Assembly: GCA_044892505.1 (NCBI GenBank) | Contig: CM097882.1 | Location: forward strand, 376,650,001-376,714,000 | From: Schmidtea nova | Lineage: Eukaryota | Direction of reading: 5' to 3' | Length of the DNA stretch: 64,000 nucleotides | In this document: in pieces, positions 50,239 through 64,000 of the stretch | Position numbering within the stretch: the first letter of the stretch is position 1 | How the letters are laid out: each line of letters opens with the position of its first letter | Program-made: the position numbers and the translations under genes | Notes under the pieces: generated by a model | Database searches by the model: none | What the model saw: the letters and a program-made list of their open reading frames with translations, nothing else | Told to the model about the DNA's origin: nothing

Positions 50239-53200
50239 GCGGATTATTTTGAAATTGGAGTAAGTCCATTTAGTTACATCAGACTTTTAATTTTTTTAGA
50301 CATCTATAATAAACATTATCGGATAATACAATTACATTATCTGAAACTACAAAATACACAAAAGTCGGCTACTAGACTTTATCAACATTTTTTAATTTAT
50401 TGAAATGCAAATCTTTAAATATTTCGTTAAAACAAAAATTTAGCTTTCCGCAATTTCAAAATAAATAGTTCAAATTTAAATTTATCATAACTTTTGTGAA
50501 CAGCTTTATATGTTGTGTTGGTTAAACTTAGCTTTATTTAGAAATTTATTTTACTTTTATTTAAACGATTTAAGTGATAAAGAAACGTCTTTAAGTAGCA
50601 CTTTAAAAAGATGGTAATATTATAAATCAAGTGAAAATAAAAATAGCACAAAACTAAATCGACGTGCTTGATCACCAACCGAGATTGGATTTTGCTAGAC
50701 TTTTGAATTTTTGTTTTTTAAAATCTATCTTAAATTTCAAGATTTTAACATTTCAAGAAACATTGGTCCAAAAATTTCTGCCTTGTAATTTCATTTATAA
50801 AAAAAAACCCTTTTTATCAATACTCTGAAATTTAATAATTTGATTATAAATTTCATTAATTTCTCCTAGATTTATTATGCAAATGAGTCGTAAGAAGTAC
50901 ATTCAATAAATTGCTGCGAGATTATAATTATCAATTTAGATATTTTCACATTCCAGATAATATTTCCCCTAAATTTTAAGTCAATGAAACAGAGAAATTT
51001 GATACATGACCATGAAACTGAACATCAATGCTACCATAGGTTGTATGCAAGATAATGCGTTAACAAGTGAAATAATACCTAAAAATCACAAGGATTCTAT
51101 TTATCTCAAGGCCCTAAAATATATCCCGACATCTATATTATTGAGAACGCACGGGAAATTCATTCAGGCACAGTGTACAAAAAAATATTACAGAAAAATG
51201 TATGCAAACTAAGAAACAATGTGCAAAATATATCACATTTAATTAAAATTAATTTTGCTATAACAATAAATCATATATAAAAAGTATATTGGGTCATTTA
51301 GTATTGATAGACTATTGACAAGAATTGAAAAAAATATTTATTTTCATATTTATGAAAAGAAAAATTAAATTTTAAATGTATAATTATGATTTAAGATAAA
51401 TTCCAATTTCTAAATATTCATTATTTAAAAGATTCTTTAAAAAGATTCTTAAAAATGATTATTTTTTCCCAGAATTCCTCTGTTCATATATTATTCGTTA
51501 TATCAATTTATTTATCCAATGAAACTGAATTCTTTGATATATTATTTAAATAAAGTATCAAATATGCCAAGCAGTTTTATTAACAGATCCGATATAAGTC
51601 TGTGTATGAGACAAGGCAATAATAAGAATCTAGAATAAAATGAACAAAAAGAAAACTGAAACGCTTTGTGGCACATTATACATAGCACCGGAACCTAACA
51701 CGGTTGAATTATATTTCTTAATGAACTATTAGTAAGTTAAAATGAGACATATATTTATTACATTATAATTATGGGATATTATATTATATGAATGACTGTT
51801 GTCGGTAGAATGTGATACAATTACACGACCACTAATCATTGTATTGGTTTCAATGAGACAAATAAACTGGATTATTACTAGTAATTTACAAATTCATAAG
51901 TTCAAATACTACATTCAAACAAGCATATAATCATTTAAATTTAGTTATTATCATTATTCCTTGGTAAAAAATTTATTTTCAATCGATCTTCCTTAAAGAG
52001 ATTGTCTAAAAAACATTGTACATAATCCAACAATCGGCACTTGTCAATAATGATTTGAAATTTCCTAATGTTCATCTATAGAGTTGTCTATTTCTAACTG
52101 ATATTTAATAAGGGAGAAAACTTTCTAATTGATACATATTCTGTTTTTGTATATATTCTACATTTAACAATCAATTCATACATCAAACAAGCATGCTGCT
52201 ATTCATAGGCAATAATTATAAGGGATCACATTAAATATGTTATGGTAATCAAATATCACATTACAAATACATCACTAAGTGTTTGATCCACTTTAAAAAG
52301 GTTGCTAAAAATTTGTATGCATCTTTTAAATTAAATTGAATTTATTATTGAATTCATTTTAAATTTAAATATAATTTAAAATCATAATCAGTTAATATTA
52401 TCAAATATTATTTATAAATCTTAAAATAAAAATTGAAAACTATTTTAACAATTCCTATGAATTAAGTTGGCAGGATATTTAAAAGATTAAGTCTAATAAA
52501 TATTCTGCAATTATGAATAATTAAAGTGAGCTGTGAAAGGGCAAAGCACGAGAATAGCATGATACAATGATCCAGATTTTTTGACTTCACACATAACGGA
52601 AAGCAGGATTCTATTCAATTTACACACACACACATACACACACACATATATATAAGCAATAATAGGTTATAGTGGGAATATTTGTGGGCAGAAACCTCTG
52701 GACAAACTTGAATTATATCAATATAAAAAATAATATTCAAAATAATGACTTTTATTGATTCTGATCAGTACTAATTTTCTTTTAATTATTTTTTGTTTCT
52801 TAATTTTAATTTGTTTTTTAGACTCTCAATCAATATTATGTATAATATGTTATACAAATTTTAGGCACTGTGTTTTTTCAAATCGGTCTAACATATAATA
52901 ATAGAAAATATTGATTCGATATTATAAAAAAGAAATGAACCATTAATTTTGAAATTTTGACACGCAAAAACTCGCGACATGACGTTGTAACAACATAATG
53001 AAACAGGACTGAAACAGATTGTAGCGCGTTGTATCAAAGACAACTGTAGCTAGATAGCAAGCTGATGTTGGAAGCCAAGTTCAGGATTTATAATAGGTCC
53101 TTCAAGAATGATCTATGAGATTTTTGTATATTTCTAGTTCAAGCCAAATTACGGGCGCAATTGGTTTTCTTAATTTATTATAAACGCTGATGGTGCTGCT

Positions 53201-53787
53201 TTATTAGAAAGAAACCAATAATTGCTTATTTTAATATAAATCAATGGCATTCTTATCGATTTCCATTCCATTGTGAAATTGATGTATAAAATTTTATCAT
53301 TATATATTTCAAATAATTAATTTTAGTACAAATTCTTAGACAATCGTCAGTATTTCGATATATATCTAAAGACTTGTGATCCGTTGTGATACGTTGAGAG
53401 ATTAATATCTCACGTATATCCATAATTTATTAGTTTCAATCGACTAACCCCATCAACTTCAAGCGATAAATCAACAACCGATAAGATAGAGATTAAAACT
53501 CGCTACAGGTTGAAGCTTGTATTCAGGAAATGTTAGCAAAACCATCATTTGTAAAATGAACCAAATATATTAGACAAAATATGTTTTAATGTAAATTATT
53601 TTATCGTTCAATTTACGCTTTAAGAATTTAATAATAATTTTCATCGTACAATTTTGAAGGATATGAAAATAAGTTCAAGGGTCAAAATTATTTGGCTATT
53701 TCATTTTTTATAATTGTTTATCAAATTAATTAGAAAACAAAAATTCAACTAGCTAAATATACTTTTAAATAATAAGAAAAAGAAAAA

Positions 53788-53872
53788 TTTATTATAAAAA
53801 TAAGATTTGTGTGTCTGTCTGTCTGACCGCTTATAACGAAGTAAATAAACAATATTTTATAATATAATATTT

Positions 53873-53929
<57 letters not shown>

Positions 53930-54029
53930 TAAAATTTTGTATGTATTTTTTACTTTTCTATTCAAGAGTCATTAAAAATCGTGTAATAAATGTATTTATC
54001 CACATTTAAGGGGCGGGTAACGAACTAGT
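53788..54029 (+). mobile_element. Possible non-autonomous Helitron remnant containing a (TA)n tract (53877-53926)
   Basis: 5' (GTCT)n microsatellite and 3' GGGGCGGGTAACGAA-CTAG|T, followed by (TAA)n. No clear terminal hairpin. Confidence 0.35.
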
Positions 54030-54064
54030 AATAATAATAATATTATAATAATATAATATAATAG

Positions 54065-54108
<44 letters not shown>

Positions 54109-55099
54109 CAATAAAAAACATTTGAGGGTCACAGGATTCATCAATATTATTATATATCTGACCTTATGAATCTAATTGTCATTTAGATTAATTATTATGT
54201 TGATCATCAATAATAAATTTTTTGATTTCTAAAACTAATAAATTGGTGAAAATATAAAAAGGATAACTATAAAAAGCGGGTATAGATTGTATTTTTTGAA
54301 TACTCAAAATATTTCAATAAAACTTTTTATATTGTTTCATTTTTAACGATTTTTAAGGATAAATATTAAAAAAATTACAAATTTTTTAAATAGTCATTGA
54401 TAAATTTAAAAACAGTGAAATGTTGGTCCTCTATCGATATTTTTGTGAAACTATAATATAGGAGTAAATTTATTATTTTAATTATTGGTATTTAAATGAT
54501 AAAAAGTATATATTTGAAATCTCATACTTTTGAAACCAATAAATAAAACGATGTTAAATTTCATTTTATGATAAAATATAATTTTTTGATTGGTCAATTA
54601 ATTACTAGTCTTATTTAAATATTTTCGTCAAATAATTACCTATTTAAGTAATATTATTTATCCATTAATTCTTGTGAAATCTATTTCATTGCACAATGTT
54701 CGCAACACATAATTGCAATTCATCAAATTTGAGTTCAACAGATTTTTCTAAGCGACAAAGTATGATATTTTGGCGTCGATGCACATTATTTCTCAATAAA
54801 GATTAACTTCAAGTTCATCAAAGTTTCTTGGTAAAACAAAATAATTGTCACAAGAATTCACAATCATGGAATTTTTAACATTTAAAATATACAAATCGTA
54901 AAAAAATCTAAGGTTAAAAAAATCAAATGATACCAAAAATTATACATATATTAGACCATTTTAAAATATAATATTTTTCAGAATTTTATAAAAAAAAGAT
55001 TTAAAGAATTTTATATCGACCACATCGAATACCACTGTTCTAAAAATATTTTTAAAGAGTGCTAAAACGACTCCCTTGTGTAAGTTGCTACATATTTTA

Positions 55100-55438
55100 N
55101 NNNNNNNNNNNNNNNNNNNNNNNNNNNNNNNNNNNNNNNNNNNNNNNNNNNNNNNNNNNNNNNNNNNNNNNNNNNNNNNNNNNNNNNNNNNNNNNNNNNN
55201 NNNNNNNNNNNNNNNNNNNNNNNNNNNNNNNNNNNNNNNNNNNNNNNNNNNNNNNNNNNNNNNNNNNNNNNNNNNNNNNNNNNNNNNNNNNNNNNNNNNN
55301 NNNNNNNNNNNNNNNNNNNNNNNNNNNNNNNNNNNNNNNNNNNNNNNNNNNNNNNNNNNNNNNNNNNNNNNNNNNNNNNNNNNNNNNNNNNNNNNNNNNN
55401 NNNNNNNNNNNNNNNNNNNNNNNNNNNNNNNNNNNNNN
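55100..55438. other. Assembly gap
   Basis: N run. Confidence 0.99.
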
Positions 55439-55679
55439 ATTTATTATCGAGTTCAAATGGAAATATTTTAAATGGGCTACCGTTCATAAAAAATAATAAT
55501 CATTAAAACAAATTTCAACGATAAATTCCTTCACCAAAATTGTTCAGCGCTTGAAATTAAATTCACATCGTTTAATATTAAAATTTTGAATTGATTAACT
55601 TTTGATAATTTGACCTTTTTAAATACAATATTGATAAAAACAAAACAGTAACAGAAAATAAAAATATAAATATAAATAC

Positions 55680-55778
55680 CAAATGTTGGTTGCATCCATT
55701 TGTGATGTTTAATAGTGGCTATTGTAGGACGTTTCATGGGAGACCGATTCAAAATCATTCGAATTAAATTTTCACATT
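55680..55778 (-). CDS. SIK-family kinase exon (subdomain XI)
   Basis: AG/GT bounded, phase 1-1: ECENLIRMILNRSPMKRPTIATIKHHKWMQPTF. Confidence 0.88.
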
Positions 55779-56558
55779 CTGGAAAACATTTATATTTTTA
55801 ATTTATATCTCACTTTCTACAAATTAACATCAATAATAAAAAAGCAAGTAATAAACTGATAGTTTGATAATTAAAAAAAACTTAAAATCAATTATTCTTT
55901 AAAACATCCCCTTTGAATCATAATAGATTTAAAAATAAATAAACGGATCCCTAAAAGAAATTGTGATTAAAAACACTATTTAAAATAAAAATTAGGAGTA
56001 CATTTCTTTGAAAGTTTTCGCTGTATTCAAGTCAAAAATATAAATAAAAAATGTTATTTTTTATTATTTTATTATAAATTTTAAAATTAAATTATAATTC
56101 ATAAAACAGTAATTTAATATAAAGTGAACGGAAACATACATTTTTTTAGTAAAAAATAAATATATGATAATAATAATATTAATAATGGTTTATAAAATAT
56201 TTTTGAAAAATATATTTGAACATATTATAAATTAAATCATATTAAAGTTAAATCTTATGGATACAAAGTGAAACAAATGCAAAATATAGACTATTAAAAA
56301 TTATAAAGATTTATACAAACAACAAAAAATTATTAATTTAAGAGTAAAACGATGTAAATTAATTTTATCTAACAAACAATCACTTAAGAAACTTAGTTTT
56401 TACAGCATTATTCACACCATTTTACTTGGTGAAATTTGATAATGTGATGTGTAGAAAAACTACTGTGAGAATAAACATATTTATTATAACATCAAATTCA
56501 AACACATTTATATTGAATAGAATTAAAATTAATAAATTTGTATTAATATATGACTTAC

Positions 56559-56685
56559 CATATGACAGAAAGTAAGGAAATCGCACCCAACCACTTAGAA
56601 CTTGTTCTCTTAGTTTGACAATATTTGTAGGTTCATCAAACGGCAGAGTTCCGCAAACCATTGCATAGAGGATGACTCCTAAACT
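56559..56685 (-). CDS. SIK-family (AMPK-related) kinase exon (subdomains IX-X)
   Basis: AG/GT bounded: SLGVILYAMVCGTLPFDEPTNIVKLREQVLSGWVRFPYFLSY, matching SIK SLGVVLYVLVCG.LPFDG..L..LRQRVL.GRFRIP.FMS. Upstream kinase exons were not found in the window. Confidence 0.9.
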
Positions 56686-57809
56686 CTGAAAATATATTTA
56701 TTTTTCAATAAAACAACAATTTATTTCCAAATTAAATGTAGCAGAATTTTAAATAAATATTGTAATATTTTCATTAGCAATTTGTCGTTGCTATTTGTCA
56801 TCAAAATTTCAACGAAATCTTTTGCAGAAAATCGAAATGAGAAACATTTAAATAAATTTATATTCATATGAAAAAATGAAATATTTAATATTAGACAGGA
56901 TTATTATTAGAATAGTCAATTGATTGGCAAAATGGTAACATAGGAAACTCTAATACCACAATTTGTAAAATTGGCGTCACAACCATTTCGATACAACATT
57001 TTATTTTTATTTTTACTTTAATTTTTAGGAATATCAAGTAAATTTAGCAATAAAAAATGTATCAAAATAATAAAAATGCAACAGTAAAATATTTTTTTTC
57101 TGTCACCCTTGATCTATTTTCAATTTTGTTTATCTTCATTTAAGCCGTTTCTTTGGAAAGTGTGTCGATTCCATTTTTTTCTTCAGATAACTTTAATAAG
57201 CATTATTAGACAATAAATTTATATTACCTAGAACTACAAAACACACAAAAGTTGGCTGCAAGAGCTTATTAATATTTTTCAATTTATTGAAGCGTAAATC
57301 TTTAAATATCTAATTATAACAAAAAATGGCTTGCCCAAATTTCAAAATTAACTGTCCATTTCTTTTTTAGACTTCGGAATCAATATTCTCTATTATTAGA
57401 TGTCAGACTGATTTAAAAAATTACATCGCCTAAAATTTATATAATAAAATTTACATAATACATAATATTGATTGAGAGTCTAAAAAAGAAATTAAGATTA
57501 AAAGGAATAAAAAATAACTTTGAATTCTCGAATTTTAATTTTTAATTCATTGAAATTTTTATTATACATACAATTTTGATTACCCAAATGGTGATTCAAA
57601 CTAACTCTATTTGATAAATATTATTAATTTCTAAAAATATTTGTTACTGACAATTGCTTTAATGCAGGACATGTTACTAAGCCGTTGAATATATCTCAAT
57701 TTTCTTAAAAAAATATTATCATATTGAGATTGGAAGTTAATCATAGAATCATTTATTGGAGTGCTTTAAACCTTTTTTTCATTTTCATTCCTTTCAGATA
57801 TTAATAGAC

Positions 57810-57939
57810 NNNNNNNNNNNNNNNNNNNNNNNNNNNNNNNNNNNNNNNNNNNNNNNNNNNNNNNNNNNNNNNNNNNNNNNNNNNNNNNNNNNNNNNNNNN
57901 NNNNNNNNNNNNNNNNNNNNNNNNNNNNNNNNNNNNNNN
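57810..57939. other. Assembly gap
   Basis: N run. Confidence 0.99.
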
Positions 57940-59223
57940 ATGATTACAATGTAGATTTTCTAATGAATGGAATATTTAAATATTCAGATTAGGAAGAAAG
58001 TACAATTGAAATTTTAACTGTGTTGTCATATTTTTATAATTATTATGTGACTATAGCTTATTTCCATATATAACACATAAATATGTTTAAAAATATGTTT
58101 TAGAAAAATTACCGAAATTAGGCGTGTTGTTGCAAGAATATTTATAGTTAACCATTGAAGTAATAGTAAAAATAGAAATCTTTAAAAATTTATTAAACAT
58201 AAGGCGATAGGTATAATAATTTTAGAATGTCGAATCTGAAAGAATGGTTATAATTAACAAGCATACAATCTATTAAATACCCCTAACAAAAATAATACAC
58301 ACAAAATAAATAATATTTTTCATTGAAATTATTCTATCCTAATATGTAAAGCAAGTGATTTTTTCAGTTTATTCCCGGTCCTTTTATTTTATACATATTA
58401 TTTGATTGATTTCGTAAATTAATAACATCCATAATTTCTCAAAATATATTTTAAAAACAACACAAATTTCTGCTATTATTAAAACAATATTTTTTTTATC
58501 TCTGAGGATATTTTCGCAAGCATGAGTTAATAATTGAATAGGGAAATTTACATGAAATTTACAATCAAGCCAATTAATAACTTCAATATTTATATTTAAT
58601 TTATTATGCTAATTTATAATTTTACATAATTTTATTATATCCATTAAAAACTAAAAATTAAATACCGTTTCTATTTAATTATTCTCACAAAACAGAAATT
58701 AGAAATTTGTTATATGTTATGATTCAACCCTATACTAGCGAATATTACAGTTTTGTAAAGTAACTTGTTCTGAAAATATTATTTTTGAGAGAGTGTTAAT
58801 GGATTATAGTAATAAAACCCCATAAAAATAGTGTGAGATAAAAAATAAACTGCATAATGTATGATTCAGCTGGATCAATGAATCTAACATAACTTTTCTC
58901 GTTGAAAGTTTGGATGTCAGTCTTATATAGTTTGAAAGAGAGTGGGGCGTTGAACTCTTTCCTAATTTACAATATCGTAGAAAAATCAGAAATATTGCAT
59001 AATAAATAAATCCTTGAACAATTATTACTGTTAACAAAACAAATAAACCGATCTATCAAAGTTGACATTTCTGCATCGATAATAAACACATGAACCGTTT
59101 TATGGTAATTATAAAAAATAAGTGCTGAAATTACTATTTGAGAAGTTTAATTATAATTGTATCTGGAAATTGTGATTATCATCAGACATACAATCGTATT
59201 GTATAATTCAATTACTTTATTAA

Positions 59224-59447
59224 CCCACCAGTACGGTCGTCTACTATACTAACGTGATTCAGGTCGCTTGGTGTCGGACATGCAGCATATTTGTTTATTG
59301 TTTTTATTGAACGTAACTTTTATTTTTAATTAAATTTTACTTAATATCTAATTTCAATATTTATTTTATACATGTAAAATTATAAAAAAATATTGCATTT
59401 CCAAAACACTCCGGATATCAAAACACCCAAGCGACCGTACTCGAGGG
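59224..59447. mobile_element. piggyBac-type MITE (224 bp)
   Basis: TTAA on both sides. TIR CCCACCAGTACGGTCG vs CCCTCGAGTACGGTCG (2 mismatches). Confidence 0.75.
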
Positions 59448-62400
59448 TTAAAAAAGTTTAATGCAAAAAAATCTACATATTTTTATACATGTAAGTTCAT
59501 TAGAATTAATTTCATTAACTACAAACACGCAAACATGATTTTAGTAAATGAGAAGGGACGAAAAAAGTTTTTATGTTAAAATTTATTTTTGAAATTTCTC
59601 CACTAATTTTTATTAAAAATTATTTAAAAATTGATTTGATTTATTATAATAAAAAATGAAGCACTTATTGGCATAATAAAAATAAATAGCTATCATATAA
59701 TCAACAACGAATGAAAGGTATAATACTTTTGCTACAAAGTTCAAATATTTATTTTACAACAATGTTTTTCACAACTTGAAAATAATAATTTCAATTAATC
59801 TATACCAAATTAGTTCAATTTACAATATATCGTGTTTAAAGCCACGGAAATAAATAATAGAACCCTCTAAAATCTATTTATACACTTCATATTTAAAAAC
59901 TGCAATCCATAGAACTTAAGGAGCAATTTTTTTGTGAATCTAATGAAGGAAATTTGTTTTGTACAACTTAGTTGTAGACTTGATTAAATATATTTAATGT
60001 AAAATTAACTAAGTGATTATTATTATTTAACATAAATAATTAAATCAGAATTTGTGGATGTTAAAATATCTAGAACTACAACTTTCCTACTTTTTTAGTT
60101 TATTGTTTATGAAGCGCAGTTAACAATGAGAAAAGCAATACAATAAGTAGAATTTAACAATTCATTAAATATTTTCCCTTTTTAGAACTTAATTAGAATA
60201 TTATTTACATTATAAAAGAAATTGTGATATGATCAATATACATAGGTTTATAAACAAACGCCAATCCAAATATATATATTCTGCACAATATATTTTGACA
60301 ATTTCATTCTCATGATCAGATGCTATTCATTCTACCATTCCAATATAAATCAAATAAATTGATTTTCAAACAAATTAATCATAATATTTAAAAAAATGAA
60401 TATTATAATTTTATAAAATAGCCAAAACATTTAAAGCGATAAAATTATTTTTTAATTTAAATAAATTAATAATTTCTCGTTATTTTTTAAAGAATATTTT
60501 ATAAATATTCCCATATTTTTAAACAACAGTATAATTGAAGACGAAGTCCATAATCATCAATTGAAAATGCTCTAAAACTCGAGTACAGAAAAGACTGTCA
60601 GTCTTCTCCAAAGTATGTGGAATTTCGCCCATGACATTTGAAAAATTAAACAAGTATAGAATAAAGATCAAAGAAAAAATAAGAATCGTCAACAATCACA
60701 TCAGTTAATTTACTTAAATACATAGGTTTATTTCACGTTTTAAATAAACAGAAGGAATAACAATACATTTAGAAGTGTTTCCAATCTAGGATCAATGTTT
60801 GAGAACGAAAATCGAGTATACGAAGTCCCTCAAATTGACGAAATCTGTTTTTGATTCATTGTAATTTAAATGCGCTAATTTGAACCTTAAAGAAACGAAT
60901 CCCATCAATATTCAAATGCAAAACCAGTTAGAGATTTTTGAGGAAATTCGAGTAATATATATTATGTCTAAAAAAAGTATGACCAATTTATCAAATTAAG
61001 AAAAAGAATAATAGAATTCGTTTTTGAACCTATTATTGGTAATTTAAATTATAAGTGATTTGGTGTTTTGCTGTTGATTAAAATTGTCAAATATTATGCT
61101 TGATCCAGAATAAATATAAATAAATTACAGTTTGTATAAACCCTTTAAACCTTTCCCACTAAAAAAACGGTGTTTAGTCCACCAACGTGAAATTAGTCAT
61201 AAACCACAAACTACCTTGAGATGATGATTAATTATCCATTAATTAAATACCAACACAATTAAATCTAACATTTCATTTTCATCGTACATTTTTACTATAT
61301 TCAACGTTTTCAAAATTTTAAAAGCAAACAAATACTGTATTTTATAAGACAAAATGTGTTTTATTCATCATACCATGGGTTAAAAAATTTTGAAATAGGT
61401 TGATTTATTATTTTGTAATAAGATTTTATATTATATTAACATGAAAGTTTTACGTTGTGTCGATAAATTTTATAAAGAAAATGATAGCGAGTCTTTAAAA
61501 GAAAGCCTGGAAAGGCCTTGAAGGCCAACATTGAACAGCTATGTTTCTCCCGTTTAAGATCCTATGAAAGTATAAGAACAAATCAAATAAATGGTAATTT
61601 CGCAAAAATAAAACACAAAAACTAGCCACGATTTAGACCTGCTTCTAGTTATTTTACCTATTCGATTCAAACGGGAACTTCTATAATTAATTCATAACAA
61701 TCAGAAATTTTTATTGAGCCGATGCCAATTTTCACTAATTTCACTGACGAACTCAAATTAGTAATTGGAATGAGAGCAAATAAATTCCACAAATAATCGC
61801 TTACAATTTACAGCCATAAATAAAATTTAAGCGATTATTATTTCTTAATTAAAATATTCGTTAAGAAATATCAAAAAAACAGAATTGATGAAATATTAAA
61901 ATTTTAATGAAATACAAATTGAATATGTTTTTAAAATTTTCTTTGAAAAAAAAATAATGAACACTTCAGTTCTCACTTGAACCAAAGTTAAAAATATTAG
62001 TTGACATGCATAAAATATAGAAATTAATTAGGAAATTTTATCGAAAGTCCATAAGATTTTCTTATTTCCAACAAATCCAATGCCAATCAAAATTTATAAT
62101 TAAATGTGGAAAACATTTTACCACGTGATGGATTAATATGCATGACAAAAGCTAAAAGTTCAAATAATAAATTATTTATTGCATAAACATAACAAATTTG
62201 TTTATAATTAAAAAAAATATTTGAAATAAATGAGATTTAAATCTTATAACGATTGACGGCCAAAATTTTATTAACAATCGCAATAAAATTTTACTAATTT
62301 TGAAAATTGGCTTGGATAAACTTTTCTTTTCCTTTCTAAAATTTTCAATAAAACAAGCAGTAAACAAGGATTTATAAATCGAAAATGCATTTTAATTCAA

Positions 62401-62780
62401 ATTATATTTTTATTTAAATTAATTTAATGTCAGTAAAATCTTTAATTTTATTTGTTTTGTATATATCAAAGTCTGATTACAATAATTTGAGAGCAGTGGT
62501 TAAAATCCAAATGCCATAACAAAATAAGTGGCCCTTGCTAAATCAGCATTCAAACTGACCTAAAGAAGATTAAATATTCTAATTTTCTAAGTTTGGTAAA
62601 AACATAGTTTATTTTCCTTTTTGTTCAGACGATAGATCTGAACAATTTTTATTTTAATTCGACACATATTTTAAGCACTGCCTTTTAAAAGTATAGGAAA
62701 CATTTTTTGACTAATTATCTAAAAAAATGCAGAAAAAAAATTCTCGAAATATATTTTTTGGAATATAATTTTTCATTGGC

Positions 62781-62783
<3 letters not shown>

Positions 62784-62867
<84 letters not shown>
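62784..62867. repeat. (TA)n microsatellite
   Basis: Direct reading. Confidence 0.97.
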
Positions 62868-62874
<7 letters not shown>

Positions 62875-63143
62875 GGATGTCTTGTTTTATGTTTATTTTA
62901 TGTAATTATTCTTTTAAGAGGTTGTAAGCGCCGTCATTACTATGGACGGTGCCCTTGCGGTCACCAGGAACCCCCCCTTTTTATTTTTATTTATTGTGAA
63001 ATAATTAGATAATTAAATAATTTAAATGATAAAATTTAAATTCTGAATTCAAATAGCTTACTATAGGAAACTATAGTAAGCTGAATTCAGAATTAATAAA
63101 AAATTGATTTTAAAAAATTAAACTATTATTATATAATTCATCT

Positions 63144-63625
63144 GAAGACTGAAAAGATATTCTGAAATATTTCGTAAACGAAGAGTGAAAAGAGAAAGCC
63201 AAGACATTGAATTTCCTATTCTGAAATATTTTGTAAACGAAGACTGAAAAGAGAAAGCCAAGACATTGAATTTCCTATTCTGAAATATTTTGTAAACGAA
63301 GACTGAAAAGAGAAAGCCAAGATATTGAATTTCCTATTCTGAAATATTTTCTAAACGAAGGCTGAAAAGAGAAAGCCAAGACATTGAACTTACTATTCTG
63401 AAATATTTTGTAAACGAAGACTGAAAAGAGAAAGCCAAGACATTGAATTTCCTATTCTGAAATATTTTGTAAACGAAGACTGAAAAGAGAAAGCCAAGAT
63501 ATTGAATTTCCTATTCTGAAATATTTTGTAAACGAAGACTGAAAAGAGAAAGCCAAGACATTGAATTTCCTATTCTGAAATATTTTGTAAACGAAGACTG
63601 AAAAGAGAAAGCCAAGACATTGAAT
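63144..63625. repeat. 59-bp minisatellite, about 8 copies
   Basis: ga(c/t)attgaa starts at 63203, 63262, 63321, 63380, 63439, 63498, 63557 and 63616. Confidence 0.95.
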
Positions 63626-63733
63626 AATAAAGTAACATTTTCGTGGTTTTACTATTACCTTGTTTTTAATAAATTTTTGTAATCTAATAATCGTTCTGTT
63701 TATTTAATTGCAACTATTTATTTTTATTATCCT

Positions 63734-63887
63734 TGTAATCGCACTACATAGCACACACCCCGAGTGTCGGCACATAGTTAACGTCTGACTCTCTCGGGAT
63801 CTACAATTCTCCTCTACATCACACATTCAACAAACAAAAATCCAAATTGGAACTACGCATTGACTTATAATAACTGGTGTCAGAAGT
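63734..63887 (+). mobile_element. Possible LTR end plus tRNA-Leu(CAA) primer-binding site
   Basis: TGGTGTCAGAAGT (63875-63887) is complementary to the 3' end of tRNA-Leu(CAA), ...ACTTCTGACACCA. A TGTAAT possible LTR start lies at 63734. No pol sequence in the window. Confidence 0.4.
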
Positions 63888-64000
63888 CAACACACACACA
63901 CTCGCCGTTTTTTTCAAGCGTTAACGCCTTTAGAATACCTATTATAGAGGTATAAGGATTAACGTTACTTTTAGCCGAACACAGTAGGCTATATCCTTTT

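Noticed and set aside
55059-55496. ORF-track entries made of X (also 26574, 26592, 38007, 38012, 43926, 43957, 57756)
   Set aside because: They are artefacts of N-gaps.
62707-63012. 101-aa ORF with a YI repeat
   Set aside because: It is a translation of the (TA)n microsatellite.
63144-63625. Regular 59-bp repeat as a CRISPR array
   Set aside because: Units are head-to-tail with no unique spacers, the context is eukaryotic, and there are no cas genes.
57000-64000. Search for upstream SIK kinase exons (HRD, DFG, APE motifs)
   Set aside because: None was recognisable in the frames inspected. They probably lie beyond the window or in the 57810-57939 gap.
1-64000. tRNA, rRNA, snRNA or spliced-leader RNA genes
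   Set aside because: No T-arm/D-arm or known snRNA motifs were seen by eye. A tRNAscan or Infernal run would be needed to exclude them formally.

Overview
Very AT-rich eukaryotic (animal) scaffold with five N-gaps, 43-90 nt introns and long (TA)n/(TAA)n tracts. The style suggests a planarian-like invertebrate (inference only). Two host genes are supported. One is a complete 7-exon DIS3L exoribonuclease on + (18109-23105, about 1097 aa). The other is the 3' part of a SIK-family kinase on - (kinase-domain exon at 56.7 kb to stop at 33219). The rest is a dense transposon landscape: a TTAA-bounded degenerate piggyBac whose transposase carries a 60-nt spliceosomal intron, Ty3/gypsy pol remnants, Tigger, Tc1 and Merlin remnants, hAT/TTAA/TA MITEs, and minisatellites. 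A multi-kb degenerate repeat family occurs three times upstream of DIS3L and once inverted downstream. The best non-obvious find is a minimal type I hammerhead ribozyme on the - strand (core 26496-26525). It is closed by a 55-bp helix I whose only mismatches are G-U wobbles on that strand, the architecture known from Penelope-like retroelements.
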